Shown here: positions 54,432 through 64,000 of the stretch, piece by piece
Position numbering within the stretch: position 1 is the first letter of the stretch
Layout: the number at the start of each line of letters is the position of its first letter
Assembly (NCBI RefSeq): GCF_001949145.1
Contig: NW_019091362.1
Span: 1,805,838-1,869,837, forward strand
Direction of reading: 5' to 3'
DNA from: Acanthaster planci
Lineage: Eukaryota
Length of the DNA stretch: 64,000 nt
The notes under the pieces: generated by a model
Told to the model about the DNA's origin: nothing
The model's database searches: none
The model's input: only the letters and a program-made list of their open reading frames with translations
Made by a program: the position numbers and the translations under genes

Positions 54432-56400
54432 CAGATTCATGATGTTGAAAGTTTTGATATATGTATCTCGTAGTTTCCACTAGCCAGTACTGTTCTGAGA
54501 CTAGATCCAAAAGAGATGTTCCCTCAGAAAGCTTGCTTTTTCATTTAGCTTAGGACATGTGTTTCATGAATTAATTGAGGCAGTTTGAGTGCACTTTTCA
54601 ATCACCTTGACTAATAACTTAGTGGAGACTGGGAATAAGTTGTGCTTTTCACTGCATTGAGAAATATGAGCAGATTTTGAATATATGTGTAAAACAGGAC
54701 TTATCATCCATCACATCCATGGTGTAAGTAATAGACTAACTGCAGTCCTACAGTTTGGACTGATGCATTTGAAATGCTTTTCCGACGACTGCGATTTGTG
54801 TATACTCGGTAGATTCTGATATGCGTTGAATTCATCAGAAGTTAGAGATATGAATTGTCTCTTGGTCAAGCTTTAGATTTTGTTTTTATGTATACCTACA
54901 TTGTATATATAACCAGTCTGATTTAGAGTTGGAGCTTTCCTGGATTGATTCCTACCTCACGATGTATGGGACTGGGAAATGTATTCCCAGGGAAATTCTG
55001 TCTAGTTTTAAGATTTGTTCTAGGTCAATGCCTCAGATATTTCTCCTTCACATGTAAACTTACATGCAAGATGGTATTTTATTGTGAGGTTTCCTACAAA
55101 ATGGACAGCTACTAAAGCACGTAACTCATAGAAAGTCGGTTGTGTTGGTCTGACCCTGTAAATGTGGTTATATTAGTAATGTGGCATGGACCACTATGCT
55201 CTCTATCTTAGTTAATAAACTGCATGTTCTGAAAGAGGGTGCCGGACGAGAGTTTCTGTAGTCCACCTGAAGAGCTGTCCCCAGGCCTCTCAGCCACCAA
55301 GCTACATGTATTGCGACTTGCAGACACAGCACAAGTACACCAAGGCATCTGCGGCACTAATCACTACCATCGACCTTACAAAATCTGCAAGTATTCTTTT
55401 AAGTTACATTTCATCTGTTGAACTTTGCCCTCACTTTTGCGGACTGCCTACACAACACAACGGACTCCTGTCATCCCACCTTGGAACGAATCGTCGCAAC
55501 TCATCTGTATATCTAGAACATTGGCGCCAAGTTTTTTTCTTGAGCTCAAAGTGTATTTTAACTTAGCAGGATCATGCATTCTCTGTAAACCCCATATTTC
55601 CATTTGTGGCCATTGGTGTTCTCTGCATTTACTTTGTATTTCTCGTATTGATTGGCTTGGCTCTTTCCCTCCAATAAAGCAAAATTTCTTTTGTATCGTG
55701 AATCAAAAGAGAATTAAACCAACATGAAATTTGGTTCCTGCTATTTTGAAATGTGAACCACGGGTTACACATTTATTCCATATTTATGGCTTTTATTCTC
55801 CCTATTTGAGTACTATAGAATAAATTTCAGATATTGGAAGGTCCGACAAATTCTTCACCATCTTCCTTAATTTTTTGTCACTACGAAACGTGACTGGCAT
55901 GATCCAACAGCTAATCCTCCCAGTGAGTAAGTGAGAGGGATATATATTCCTATTTGCCCTTGCTTTACACCCATGTTGCTACATGTCACCCCGTCTTTAA
56001 TACAATAACATTTTGTAAACTTGACGATAGAGGTCTGTAAAAAACACTGACGCTCAATTCTTCCGTAAGCAAATGTGACCACACAGTGAAAAGGATGCAA
56101 AGGGGGGGGGCACAGAAAATTAGCTGGGGTCAACAAGTTCAATGCTGATAACAGGCAAGGGGGTGTTTTCTTTGATAAGCGAAGTCGGAATACAAGCACA
56201 TCATTTCTAATGCTGTTGAGATCATAACATTTTCCTTTCTGAGTGTTTTGTGACCATCAGTCTCATGATAAGCATTCAATCACTGGAACAAGTTGCTGCA
56301 AAGGTAACATTTTCGACTTACACCAATCTCGTTGATGCCGAATTATCCGGCATACGTACACATTACAATGTGCTTGAGTAATATCTCTAGTTCACCGTAC

Positions 56401-56646
56401 CTATGACATTAATGGTGAAGGAGCAACTGGCACTGTTGTCAGACCTGTCCGTGACTGTGCATGTGACTGTGCTTTCTCCAATGTCAAATTGTGAATCTTT
56501 CGGTCCATCACAAGACACGTCCGGCGTACGGTCTTCATTGTCTTGTACTCCTGATGGGGCGTAGTCCACAGTGGCGTACGCTTTCCCAGTGTCAACGGAC
56601 ACGTTTTCCATGGGTTCTGGACAAGTGATCTTGGGCAACTCCTCGT
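56401..56646 (-). CDS. HYR exon E37 (paralog of E17)
   Basis: cag|...|gtacg, 246 nt, DEELPKITCP...CSFTINVI. Confidence 0.92.
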   Translation of the reverse strand, partial: TRSCPRSLVQNPWKTCPLTLGKRTPLWTTPHQEYKTMKTVRRTCLVMDRKIHNLTLEKAQSHAQSRTGLTTVPVAPSPLMS

Positions 56647-57901
56647 CTGTATGAAAAAAAATAAGTTTGAAACATAAACGGTACATACTTCCAGCATGTT
56701 TTGGTCAATCTACACAGCAAGCAATGAAAGATTTTCCCACAAAAAGTTTACACTGAAAGTCACCAAACTGTAGGGTATAGTGAAGAACCATTATTTTTGG
56801 AATAAAAAAAAACCACTGCATTGACAGAGTGAATCCTGACCAATCAGCAGTCTTGTCAAGTATGACATCTTCCACCAACGGACAAAGTTGGGACTGACCG
56901 ATCGAGCTGGCACTTCTGTCATGAGCAAACAGAGCATCTGTTATTGTTTGTCCGTGTAAATGAGCGCTGGGTCTAAGCTAACGTGGAGCATTACTTTATC
57001 TATTAGAGACAAACACATTAACAGATTCTTGCTGTAAGTATGAAACAAAAGGGAACCGTTTCAAAATATTCATTACCACCTTTCATGCCATTGCTTTTCC
57101 TGCCAATGCCAGACTTGTTAAGGCTGATATCGTTGATGTACCCTAATGTGGCCTGCCGGGCCCCTGACGTGCTGCTGTTTGATTTTCATCCTCTTTGGGC
57201 CTCACTGAAGCAATACACTTTACTTCACAATTTCACATTAAGTAAATTTCACTAAGCTGTCAAAAATCCCATTCATAAATCTCCAGAGTGAGCACCTGTA
57301 ACAAAGTTCCAATTAAATTTCTAAAATTTTTCGAAAGTGCAAACAAATCTTCAAGATATAAAAATGATTTTCATTAACTTGTGGTAAGGTAAGGAAGTGG
57401 AGGAATAACGAATCAGTCAAATTTTTTAACTTTGAGGAAATCTTAAATTTCAATGCGGGATCTTCTGAGATTTGTTCACATGGGCCATGTTGGGAAACTG
57501 TGCGCTGAATTTGTTCCCAATTTCTGGACATCAACATTTTAAATTTGGACTAAATTGTTCAGAAACGTGCAACAGCATGTACCATTTTCAATTTCATTTA
57601 AAAGTTTACGTTAATGAATAAATTTGAAGTTTCGTTTTCAATGTGTAGATTTCATTGGCAACATTGCACGCGGAAAACTGAGGGAAACATTGAAGTGTGC
57701 CACGTAAGGGGACTCAACTATAATGACACCAAGGTAAGTTATGACGGCTGGGTGTGTGCCCTGTTGCAAGCTGCGTAAAAGTCATAGCAACTTACCCAAT
57801 CTTGATCTATCACAGGCTATGCCATTGAACAGCATCAGACACAATCCACTATCACAGTTTATGCATTGCTTCTAATTTTAAACTGACTTATGTCCTGAAT
57901 G

Positions 57902-58065
57902 CAGTTGAACCTCGTTTATAAGACCACTGTTAATGCAAGATTCTGCTTAAAACAAGGACATTTTAAGGTCCTAATCCTTGTTGTCATTCCTGATAATACA
58001 AGGTTCCTGTTCTAACAAGGTAATTTGCCAACTCCGAAGGACCTCTTATTAACGAGGTTCAACCG
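57902..58065. mobile_element. pogo/Tigger-like (Tc1/mariner superfamily) MITE
   Basis: ~22-bp TIRs CAGTTGAACCTCGTTTATAAGA / TCTTATTAACGAGGTTCAACCG; TA on the right flank, TG on the left. Confidence 0.7.
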
Positions 58066-58226
58066 TAATTGACTTCAACAACTTCTGATGACTTAAAACT
58101 AGACTACTCCTGCAGGCAACAGGTCAGTTAAATCATCTGGACAAAGCCATGTACAAAACCACGGTAATGTTATTATGAATTATTGCCGCATGAGCAATGA
58201 ATGCTCAAACCACTCTAGCTACACAC

Positions 58227-58469
58227 CTTTGATTTCAACTGTAATGTCGCAAGTGTTGGAATTCCCGTATTTGTCAGTGGCTGTGCAGACAACTGTATTG
58301 GGCTTGACCCAAAATTTAGAACCGGGTCCTAACTCGCAGGAGACGGCCGGTTTGGGGTCAGCGTTGTCGACTGCTTGGGGCAGCGAATACTGCAATGTGG
58401 CATAGGCCTTGCCAGGGTCTGTAGTGTTGCTGATCAGATCTGGGCACACGAGTTTTGGGGGTTGGTCAT
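58227..58469 (-). CDS. HYR exon E38 (paralog of E18)
   Basis: cag|...|gtgtg, 243 nt, DDQPPKLVCP...CDITVEIK. Confidence 0.92.
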
Positions 58470-58914
58470 CTGAAAAAACAAAATCAAAAACGTGTTACTA
58501 AAGAACTCCGTTGTGACAGGTTAAAAATATCAAGATTTATGGCATTCTAGCATTCTACAAAGAAGTGTCGTAAAATTTTATTTTTCCATTCACTACAGGG
58601 GAGGACTATTAAATTCAACAATATTTTTACACTTACATATATCCCAATATCTTCCTTCTGACCAACAAAATCACAACTACATCAGTATGCTCTCAGACAA
58701 CCATTATTGAGCCCAGACTGAAGTCAGGCCTAACATTCTTTCACAAGAATCAGAGACACCGACAACTATCCTCAGAGGCCAAACTGAATATTTTACGTAA
58801 GAAATTAACTATTCCATTAACAACATATTAGGTCCAATTTTTAAACTTTGTGATCTTTATGAGTATTTTCTGACAAGAAATTCCTCCAGCCTGTAGACCC
58901 TAAGTTGCTTTGTG

Positions 58915-59295
58915 AATCCAAGCCAAAACCAAAGCCTAAACCGAACCAACAACATAAACCTGACAAAAACTTGTCCAAAACAAACCCCGACCTGACCCAA
59001 CCCAATCCTAACCCACCCAACTTGACCCGACCTACATGTAGCCCAATCCAACCCGACCAGATCTAACCCAAGAAAACCCAAACCCACCCAACCTGATCCG
59101 ACCTAGCCCAATCAAACCTGACCTAATCTAACCCAACCCAGCGCAGCCCACCCCAACCCAACGTAACCCAGCCCAATTCAACGCGACCCAACCTAACCCA
59201 ACCCTGCCCAGCCCAGCCCAACCCAACCCCAGCCGACTAGACCCGAACAAACCCAACCTGACCTAGCCCAGCCCAGTGCGGCCCAACCCAACTCA
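58915..59295. repeat. Degenerate pentamer low-complexity tract, (AACCC/AGCCC/GACCT)n
   Basis: Direct reading; G-rich on the transcribed strand. Confidence 0.85.
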
Positions 59296-60002
59296 ACAAT
59301 CATGGACCACTTTTTGCCCTTCCACTGTGTATCACTGAACAACTTCCCAGGGCTCAAAAAGAATTCAAACCTTTGCTCAACCATGGCCCTACCATTTTCC
59401 ACACCCTCTACTGAAAATACATGTCCATCCGCATTCAAACAGAAACACTCTCCTGTCTGACCCAACTAAGATTTGCCTGAAAGATCCAAGCATGACGTCA
59501 GAAACGGTTTTCTAAGTAGTGAGCATTTGAATGATGCACCACTTATTAGCAGTCAGGAAGTATCGCATTGATAAGCGTATTTCATAGAACAGCAGGAAAA
59601 CTGAAAATTGGTGAGAATATGAACAACCTGGACTGTCTATATTTTGGACTGTACAATGAGAAATTGATGAGCCCTTCAGACTGGAAACTTACGGACCCCT
59701 AAAATTCGAAATTGTTTGCCATTCAGGGTTTTTTTCACAGCGGGGGTACAATGTTTGGCACTTAAACACTTGACGCTGGATGACATGTAAACACACATAA
59801 TTTTCCTTATTTGTTCCATGGAGGACTTGTACATTCATTTAAGAATTCTTTTTTTCATTAACGTATGAACATGTTGTGCTTGGCTGGGTCAAAGGGCAAT
59901 TGCAAGTTTAAAGAATTTACAGGTAAAAAATCCACCTCCGGCAGCTCTTTGGGTAAGAAAATCAGATATTAACTGGGTAAAAAATTCATCGCCTGGTCTT
60001 AC

Positions 60003-60248
60003 CCTCAACTTCAACAGGAAATGAGCATTCCTTTGAATTGCCAGCCTTGTCAATGGCACTACAGGTAACAGTCCATTCGCCGACGGGAAATTGGGATCCT
60101 GGCCCTTCAGTGCAGCTGACTGTGAGGTCCGAGTCCACGTTGTCGGTGACGTCTGGTAGAGTGTAGTCGACGGTGGCAAAAGACTCACCCTGATCCAGAG
60201 TTTCATCCAGCATGGGAAGTGGACATTCAAACTTGGGTGGTTCTTGGT
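60003..60248 (-). CDS. HYR exon E39 (B-type)
   Basis: cag|...|gtaag, 246 nt, DQEPPKFECP...CSFPVEVE. Confidence 0.93.
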
Positions 60249-60778
60249 CTGAAAGTAAGAAAAATAGAACAAAAAATATCAAGACATGAGAAAAATTTCA
60301 CAAAATCAGAACTAGCGCTTAACTTTTCTAATTTATATTGACCTGTCATCGGCTGATTGTTCATGAGGTACAAAATACAGCAACGGGTACATGTAAGCTG
60401 AAGTGATGGCAGTTCCACCAACGCTGCCAGGACTGCGGATGGTTTGGACCATCTTGTCCACCATGGTTGCAACACTGGTTATCAAGAACTGATAATGGAG
60501 GGACCCATTTACATGAAAAAAAAATGCACAAGATCTCGCCGAGCACGAATGCCATAAAAGTTGCAGCTAACAGAGAAATCGTCTGTCATCATTTGAATGC
60601 GACTGTATGGCATGTGCACGTTGTTGAAGTGCAAGTGACAAGTGGTCAACTGTAGTTCTTGACCAAACTTAGGGTCCTCCATCTAAAGATCCTGTATCCT
60701 TGGAACATAAAAACAGCTACAACTAGATATTCAAAACCAGCAAAAAATAAAAGCTCCACTGATGGCGGCCTAACCTAC

Positions 60779-61021
60779 CGGAAACCGTGACATTAAAGGA
60801 GCATTTTCCTTCATTGCCATACAAGTCGAGGGCTGTGCACGTGACCTCAGTGTCCCCAATGGGGAATTTGTAGTCTTGATCTTTGTCACAAGATGACACC
60901 CCGGAAGCAGCATAATTATCTTCCACCAAGGGCAGGTCATAGTCAACTGTGGCAAATGGTTCACCACTGTCTGTAGGTCTATTTATCGGGTCTGAACAGG
61001 TAAGCTTTGGTGGTTCCTCAT
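60779..61021 (-). CDS. HYR exon E40 (divergent)
   Basis: cag|...|gtagg, 243 nt, DEEPPKLTCS...CSFNVTVS. Confidence 0.9.
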
Positions 61022-61874
61022 CTGAGCATTAAAACGAAACCGAAAGGGGAAGAACCTTTAGCATTACTCACATCTCAACAACATTTTTAATTTTTGCAGT
61101 CGGAATGAGAGAGTAAAAGAATGAGAGATTTAAAATAGAAGTGTATTACAAATTAAAAACAGTTTAAATCGGTGAATAATTTAACAGGTACAATTGAGCA
61201 ATCTGAAATGTTGAAAGCCGCAATTTAAAACATAAAAAGAGAGACTTGGAACACAAAATAGTCTGGCACTACCTTGCTCAACAAATCACTCCAAATAAGA
61301 ACATGATGGAAACAGCTTTCACGAAAAAGGTCTCTAAAGTCAGACTCAACCCAAGAAATTAAACGATATCTTTGGTCCAAACAGTTTCCCAAGGATTTTT
61401 TCTTCCATGGTTTTACTCTGTGGATATTTCTATTTATCTCATTACCCTATTCAGCTTGCTTTCACATGCAACCTAGTATATCCCTCTCCTAGATTTCTAC
61501 TTCACCCAGCTGCATACGCAACTAACAATAGGTACGAGCCTGCATATTGTGGAAATGATTCCACTATTTCTTTTTCTCTGCAGACCAATATTAACCCTGC
61601 TCTCCTTCACAATTCATTTGAGTTGGAGTACTCAGGCAAACATAAAACAAATTAAAGGGGCAATCAAAAAATGTAACATACAAAAACTTCGGCAAGCCAC
61701 TTGCTGGCTACATTAGCCTGACATATACAAATCGAATGAGTTAAAGAGCCTGAAGTTTCAGTGCTAACCGAATCTTTCACAGACTCAAAAAGGACAAAGT
61801 GCAACGAGACGACCATACAGGTGGGGATTCCCCACATTATTTGTGAGGCATGTTCTGCTGTGCTTAATACCCAC

Positions 61875-62114
61875 CAGTGATTAAGATTGTGTAAGAGCAG
61901 GAGGCCTTGTTATTGCTGTCATCGGTGGCAACGCACTGGATTAGGTTGGAGCGCACGGGCAAGGTAGCTGTGTTAGGTGTGCAACTGATGGACGGTTCCT
62001 GCCCGGAGTTATCGGTGGCAGTGACCTCCGGGTAGGTGACCGAGGCAAACCCGACGCCTTCGTCTGTGGTCTGGTTCATGTTCCCTGGGCATTTAATGCT
62101 TGGCTCCTGTACAT
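61875..62114 (-). CDS. HYR exon E41
   Basis: cag|...|gtggg, 240 nt, DVQEPSIKCP...CSYTILIT. Confidence 0.9.
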
Positions 62115-62374
62115 CTGCAAATGAATCATGCAGGAAATGAAGATCTGAAGGTGATTGATCAAACTTTTCAATTTCAGTTATGTTTTTGTTTCGCATGGTT
62201 TCACATTGCAGGGGAGATGACTTTTTCTTTTAAGCTACATTTTTTAACTACTTCAAGGATGGATTTACACCGGGGAGATGTACATTGATTTGGGTTTTTC
62301 GCCCTGCCTGACGTGTATTTAACACTGTACATTCAGTGTATGCCCCTGAAGGCTTGTGAAAAAACCACAAGCGT

Positions 62375-62445
62375 ACTCAGGTGGGATTCGAACCCACGAC
62401 CTCCTGCTTACTAGTGCAGACGTCTTAGCTACTCTACTACCGAGC
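62375..62445 (-). pseudogene. tRNA-Thr(AGT)-like sequence within the repeat unit
   Basis: GCTCGGTAGTAGAGTAGCTAAGACGTCTGCA-CTAGTAA-GCAGGAGGTCGTGGGTTCGAATCCCACCTGAGT: intact T-arm/B-box, AGT loop, imperfect D-arm, oligo-T about 10 nt downstream. Confidence 0.6.
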
Positions 62446-62756
62446 TTGCCAGTGTCGGCTGGCTGGTTCAAATCAGATGTAGCAGCAGGTACCGCGAACA
62501 ACTCTTTCATGGATAGATTTGCGCCGGGGAGATGTAAATTGATTTTGTTTTTTTTTTTAGTCCCAACCGAGTACGCTTGTGGTTTTTTCACAAGCCTTCG
62601 GGGGCATACACTGAGAATACAGTGTTAAATACACGTTGGGCCGGGCAAAAAAACTAAAATCAATTTACATCTCCCAGGCAGAAATCCATCCTTGAAATAC
62701 TTGTTTGTGGTACCCGCTGCTACATCCAATTCAAACCAGCCAGCCGACACCGACAA

Positions 62757-62827
62757 GCTCGGCAGTTGAGTGGTTAAGACATCTGCACTAGTAAGCAGGA
62801 GGTTGTGTGTCCGAGTCCCACCCGAAT
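62757..62827 (+). pseudogene. Second tRNA-Thr(AGT)-like copy, degenerate T-arm
   Basis: GCTCGGCAGTTGAGTGGTTAAGACATCTGCACTAGTAAGCAGGAGGTTGTGTGTCCGAGTCCCACCCGAAT. Confidence 0.55.
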
Positions 62828-63267
62828 ATGCCTGTGGCTTTCACAAGCCTTTTGGGAGCATACACTGGGTATACAGAGTTAAATACATGTTGGGCAGGGC
62901 AAAAAACCAAAATGAACTCATTTTTTTCCATGGAAGGAATATACGTTTACTATCTCAGGATGAGAACTTAAGCCCTTTATTTAAAGCCCAAAATCAAACA
63001 TGTTTTCACTTGGAAAGTATCTCCACTTTGCTCACTTAAGTTTCTTTGAGTTCTGAAGGTTTTCCTCTGCTTCACCTAAACTGAAATCTCAGGTAAGTTT
63101 TGGGGGAAAAAAAAGATTCTCCGGCATTTGGATCAAGTTGCTGAATAAAGACTAATGGCCTAGATTTTCAAATACTGGTATTTTCAGTGAGTTTGCTTTG
63201 CATTTTCATGATGGAAAATTTGGGTTTTGGGTTCATTCTTATAGCTTGGTTTATCATTAGTCTTATA

Positions 63268-63770
63268 CAAAAGAGCTGGGCCTTATAACAAAAGACCGTA
63301 CTCAGAACAAAAGACCGAGCTGCTGGGAATTGCCAATTTTTTTTCAGTTGTCAATAGCGGAGGAAATCCATCATTGTTTTGAATGATTATACCACTGTTT
63401 GTAGCATTCAGCAGGAGCGGATTACCACCAGGGACAAAAGCGCTCTATGGATGAGCGACATGATACCGCTGCACGATCCGCATTTAAAAAGAGGCCAGCA
63501 GCGCACTGGGCTAGTTTCGGGAACAAAAGACAATTACGTAATACTGCACAATCTGGGCTCTCTTTACAAGGTGGCAGGACTGGCTGAAATGCTTGGGCGT
63601 CAATAGATGTTGTCTGTCAGATTAGAGTAGCCACCAGACAGTCATTCGTGTGGGCGTAAAGGTCCAGTAAATGAAGTTATGAATTTTTGAAGAATGTTGA
63701 AAACGGAAAATCTTGAAAATCCCCCGGGTATAAGTCATGCAACTTCAAAAATAAACCCGGCAGCATATCG
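63268..63770. mobile_element. piggyBac-like MITE, copy 4, left end missing
   Basis: Interior ACAAAAGAGCTGGGCCTT...GAGCTGCTGGGAATTGC matches copy 1; ends CCCGGCAGCATATCG-TTAA. Confidence 0.75.
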
Positions 63771-64000
63771 TTAATAAACAAGGTTTGTAGTGAAATCCTA
63801 ATTTCTGCAAAACATCAGACCCTAAACTGGGTCACTATGCAGCCCTCTTCCATGAGTGTTTCATTAACGGAAAGTCCATCAAATGCAAGGCTTTTCACTG
63901 CAATGAGAACTACTTCTCAGTTGTAAGGAAAAAAATAAACTCCTTTGGTAACTTGCAGAGTATTAAAGGTGAGGTTTCCGGGCTCGTCGTCATTGCCACA

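Larger units (their letters stand above)
36..62114 (-). other. Internal portion of a giant multi-exon hyalin-like gene (41 or more tandem HYR domains, one per exon)
   Basis: 41 open minus-strand exons match the HYR pattern D-x-E-x-P-x3-C-P...A-T-V-x-Y...D-N-x-D...C...S-G-x2-F-x2-G...C-T/S-A-x-D-x2-G-N...C-x-F-x-V/I-x-V. All have AG/GT boundaries in phase 1. No start, stop, signal peptide or TM exon in the window. Confidence 0.93.
62250..62917. repeat. tRNA-containing unit, fold-back copy 3 (tandem units in both orientations)
   Basis: AGTCCCA(A/C)CCGA recurs at 62559 and 62814 (period 255 bp); about 1.2 units minus, then about 1.4 units plus. Confidence 0.85.

Noticed and set aside
53250..55600. 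Possible decayed retroelement (minus-strand YQNLPSIHK resembles Penelope-type LPKIHK; adjacent AAGTCC microsatellite)
   Set aside because: Single short motif, no YxDD or continuous frame found; cannot classify without BLASTX.
58857..59465. Gly/Trp/Leu-rich ORFs, or an interstitial telomere
   Set aside because: The ORFs are translations of low-complexity DNA, and the repeat is a mixed pentamer, not TTAGGG.
36..62114. Dscam-style mutually exclusive splicing with docking/selector sequences
   Set aside because: No conserved intronic selector motif seen upstream of the exons, and the preserved super-repeat order fits serial inclusion better; not excluded without transcripts.
13..62196. Treating each minus-strand HYR ORF as a separate small gene with a hydrophobic N-terminus
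   Set aside because: The Phe/Leu-rich leaders are translated polypyrimidine tracts; homology starts and stops exactly at AG/GT sites.
62375..62827. Functional tRNA-Thr genes
   Set aside because: D-arm, anticodon stem or T-arm mismatches and embedding in a repeat; kept only as tRNA-like pseudogenes.

Overview
Eukaryotic (animal) genomic DNA; HYR arrays and the repeat types suggest a marine invertebrate deuterostome such as an echinoderm (inference only). The whole window lies inside one very large minus-strand gene. I count 41 intact exons of 240, 243 or 246 nt. Each encodes exactly one 4-cysteine HYR (hyalin-repeat) domain and is flanked by phase-1 GT-AG introns that always split the same Asp codon (G|AT or G|AC). 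Spliced together they give 9,993 nt (about 3,331 aa), with no start or stop in the window. Exons are numbered E1-E41 from low to high coordinate, so transcription runs E41 to E1. The array has hidden higher-order structure: a 9-domain block (E10-E18) recurs in register as E30-E38, an A/B alternating dimer array spans E1-E9 and E20-E22, and E19 is a young copy of E16 sitting where a B-type exon is expected. Introns hold a TTAA-flanked piggyBac-like MITE family (4 copies), a decayed L2/CR1-type LINE, a pogo/Tigger-like MITE, SINE fragments, a 68-bp minisatellite and a template-switch-like hairpin. They also hold an unusual ~255-bp tRNA-Thr(AGT)-containing tandem unit that occurs as a fold-back palindrome at three separate loci. 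One 356-N assembly gap. All coordinates were counted by hand; exon ends should be exact, repeat ends approximate.
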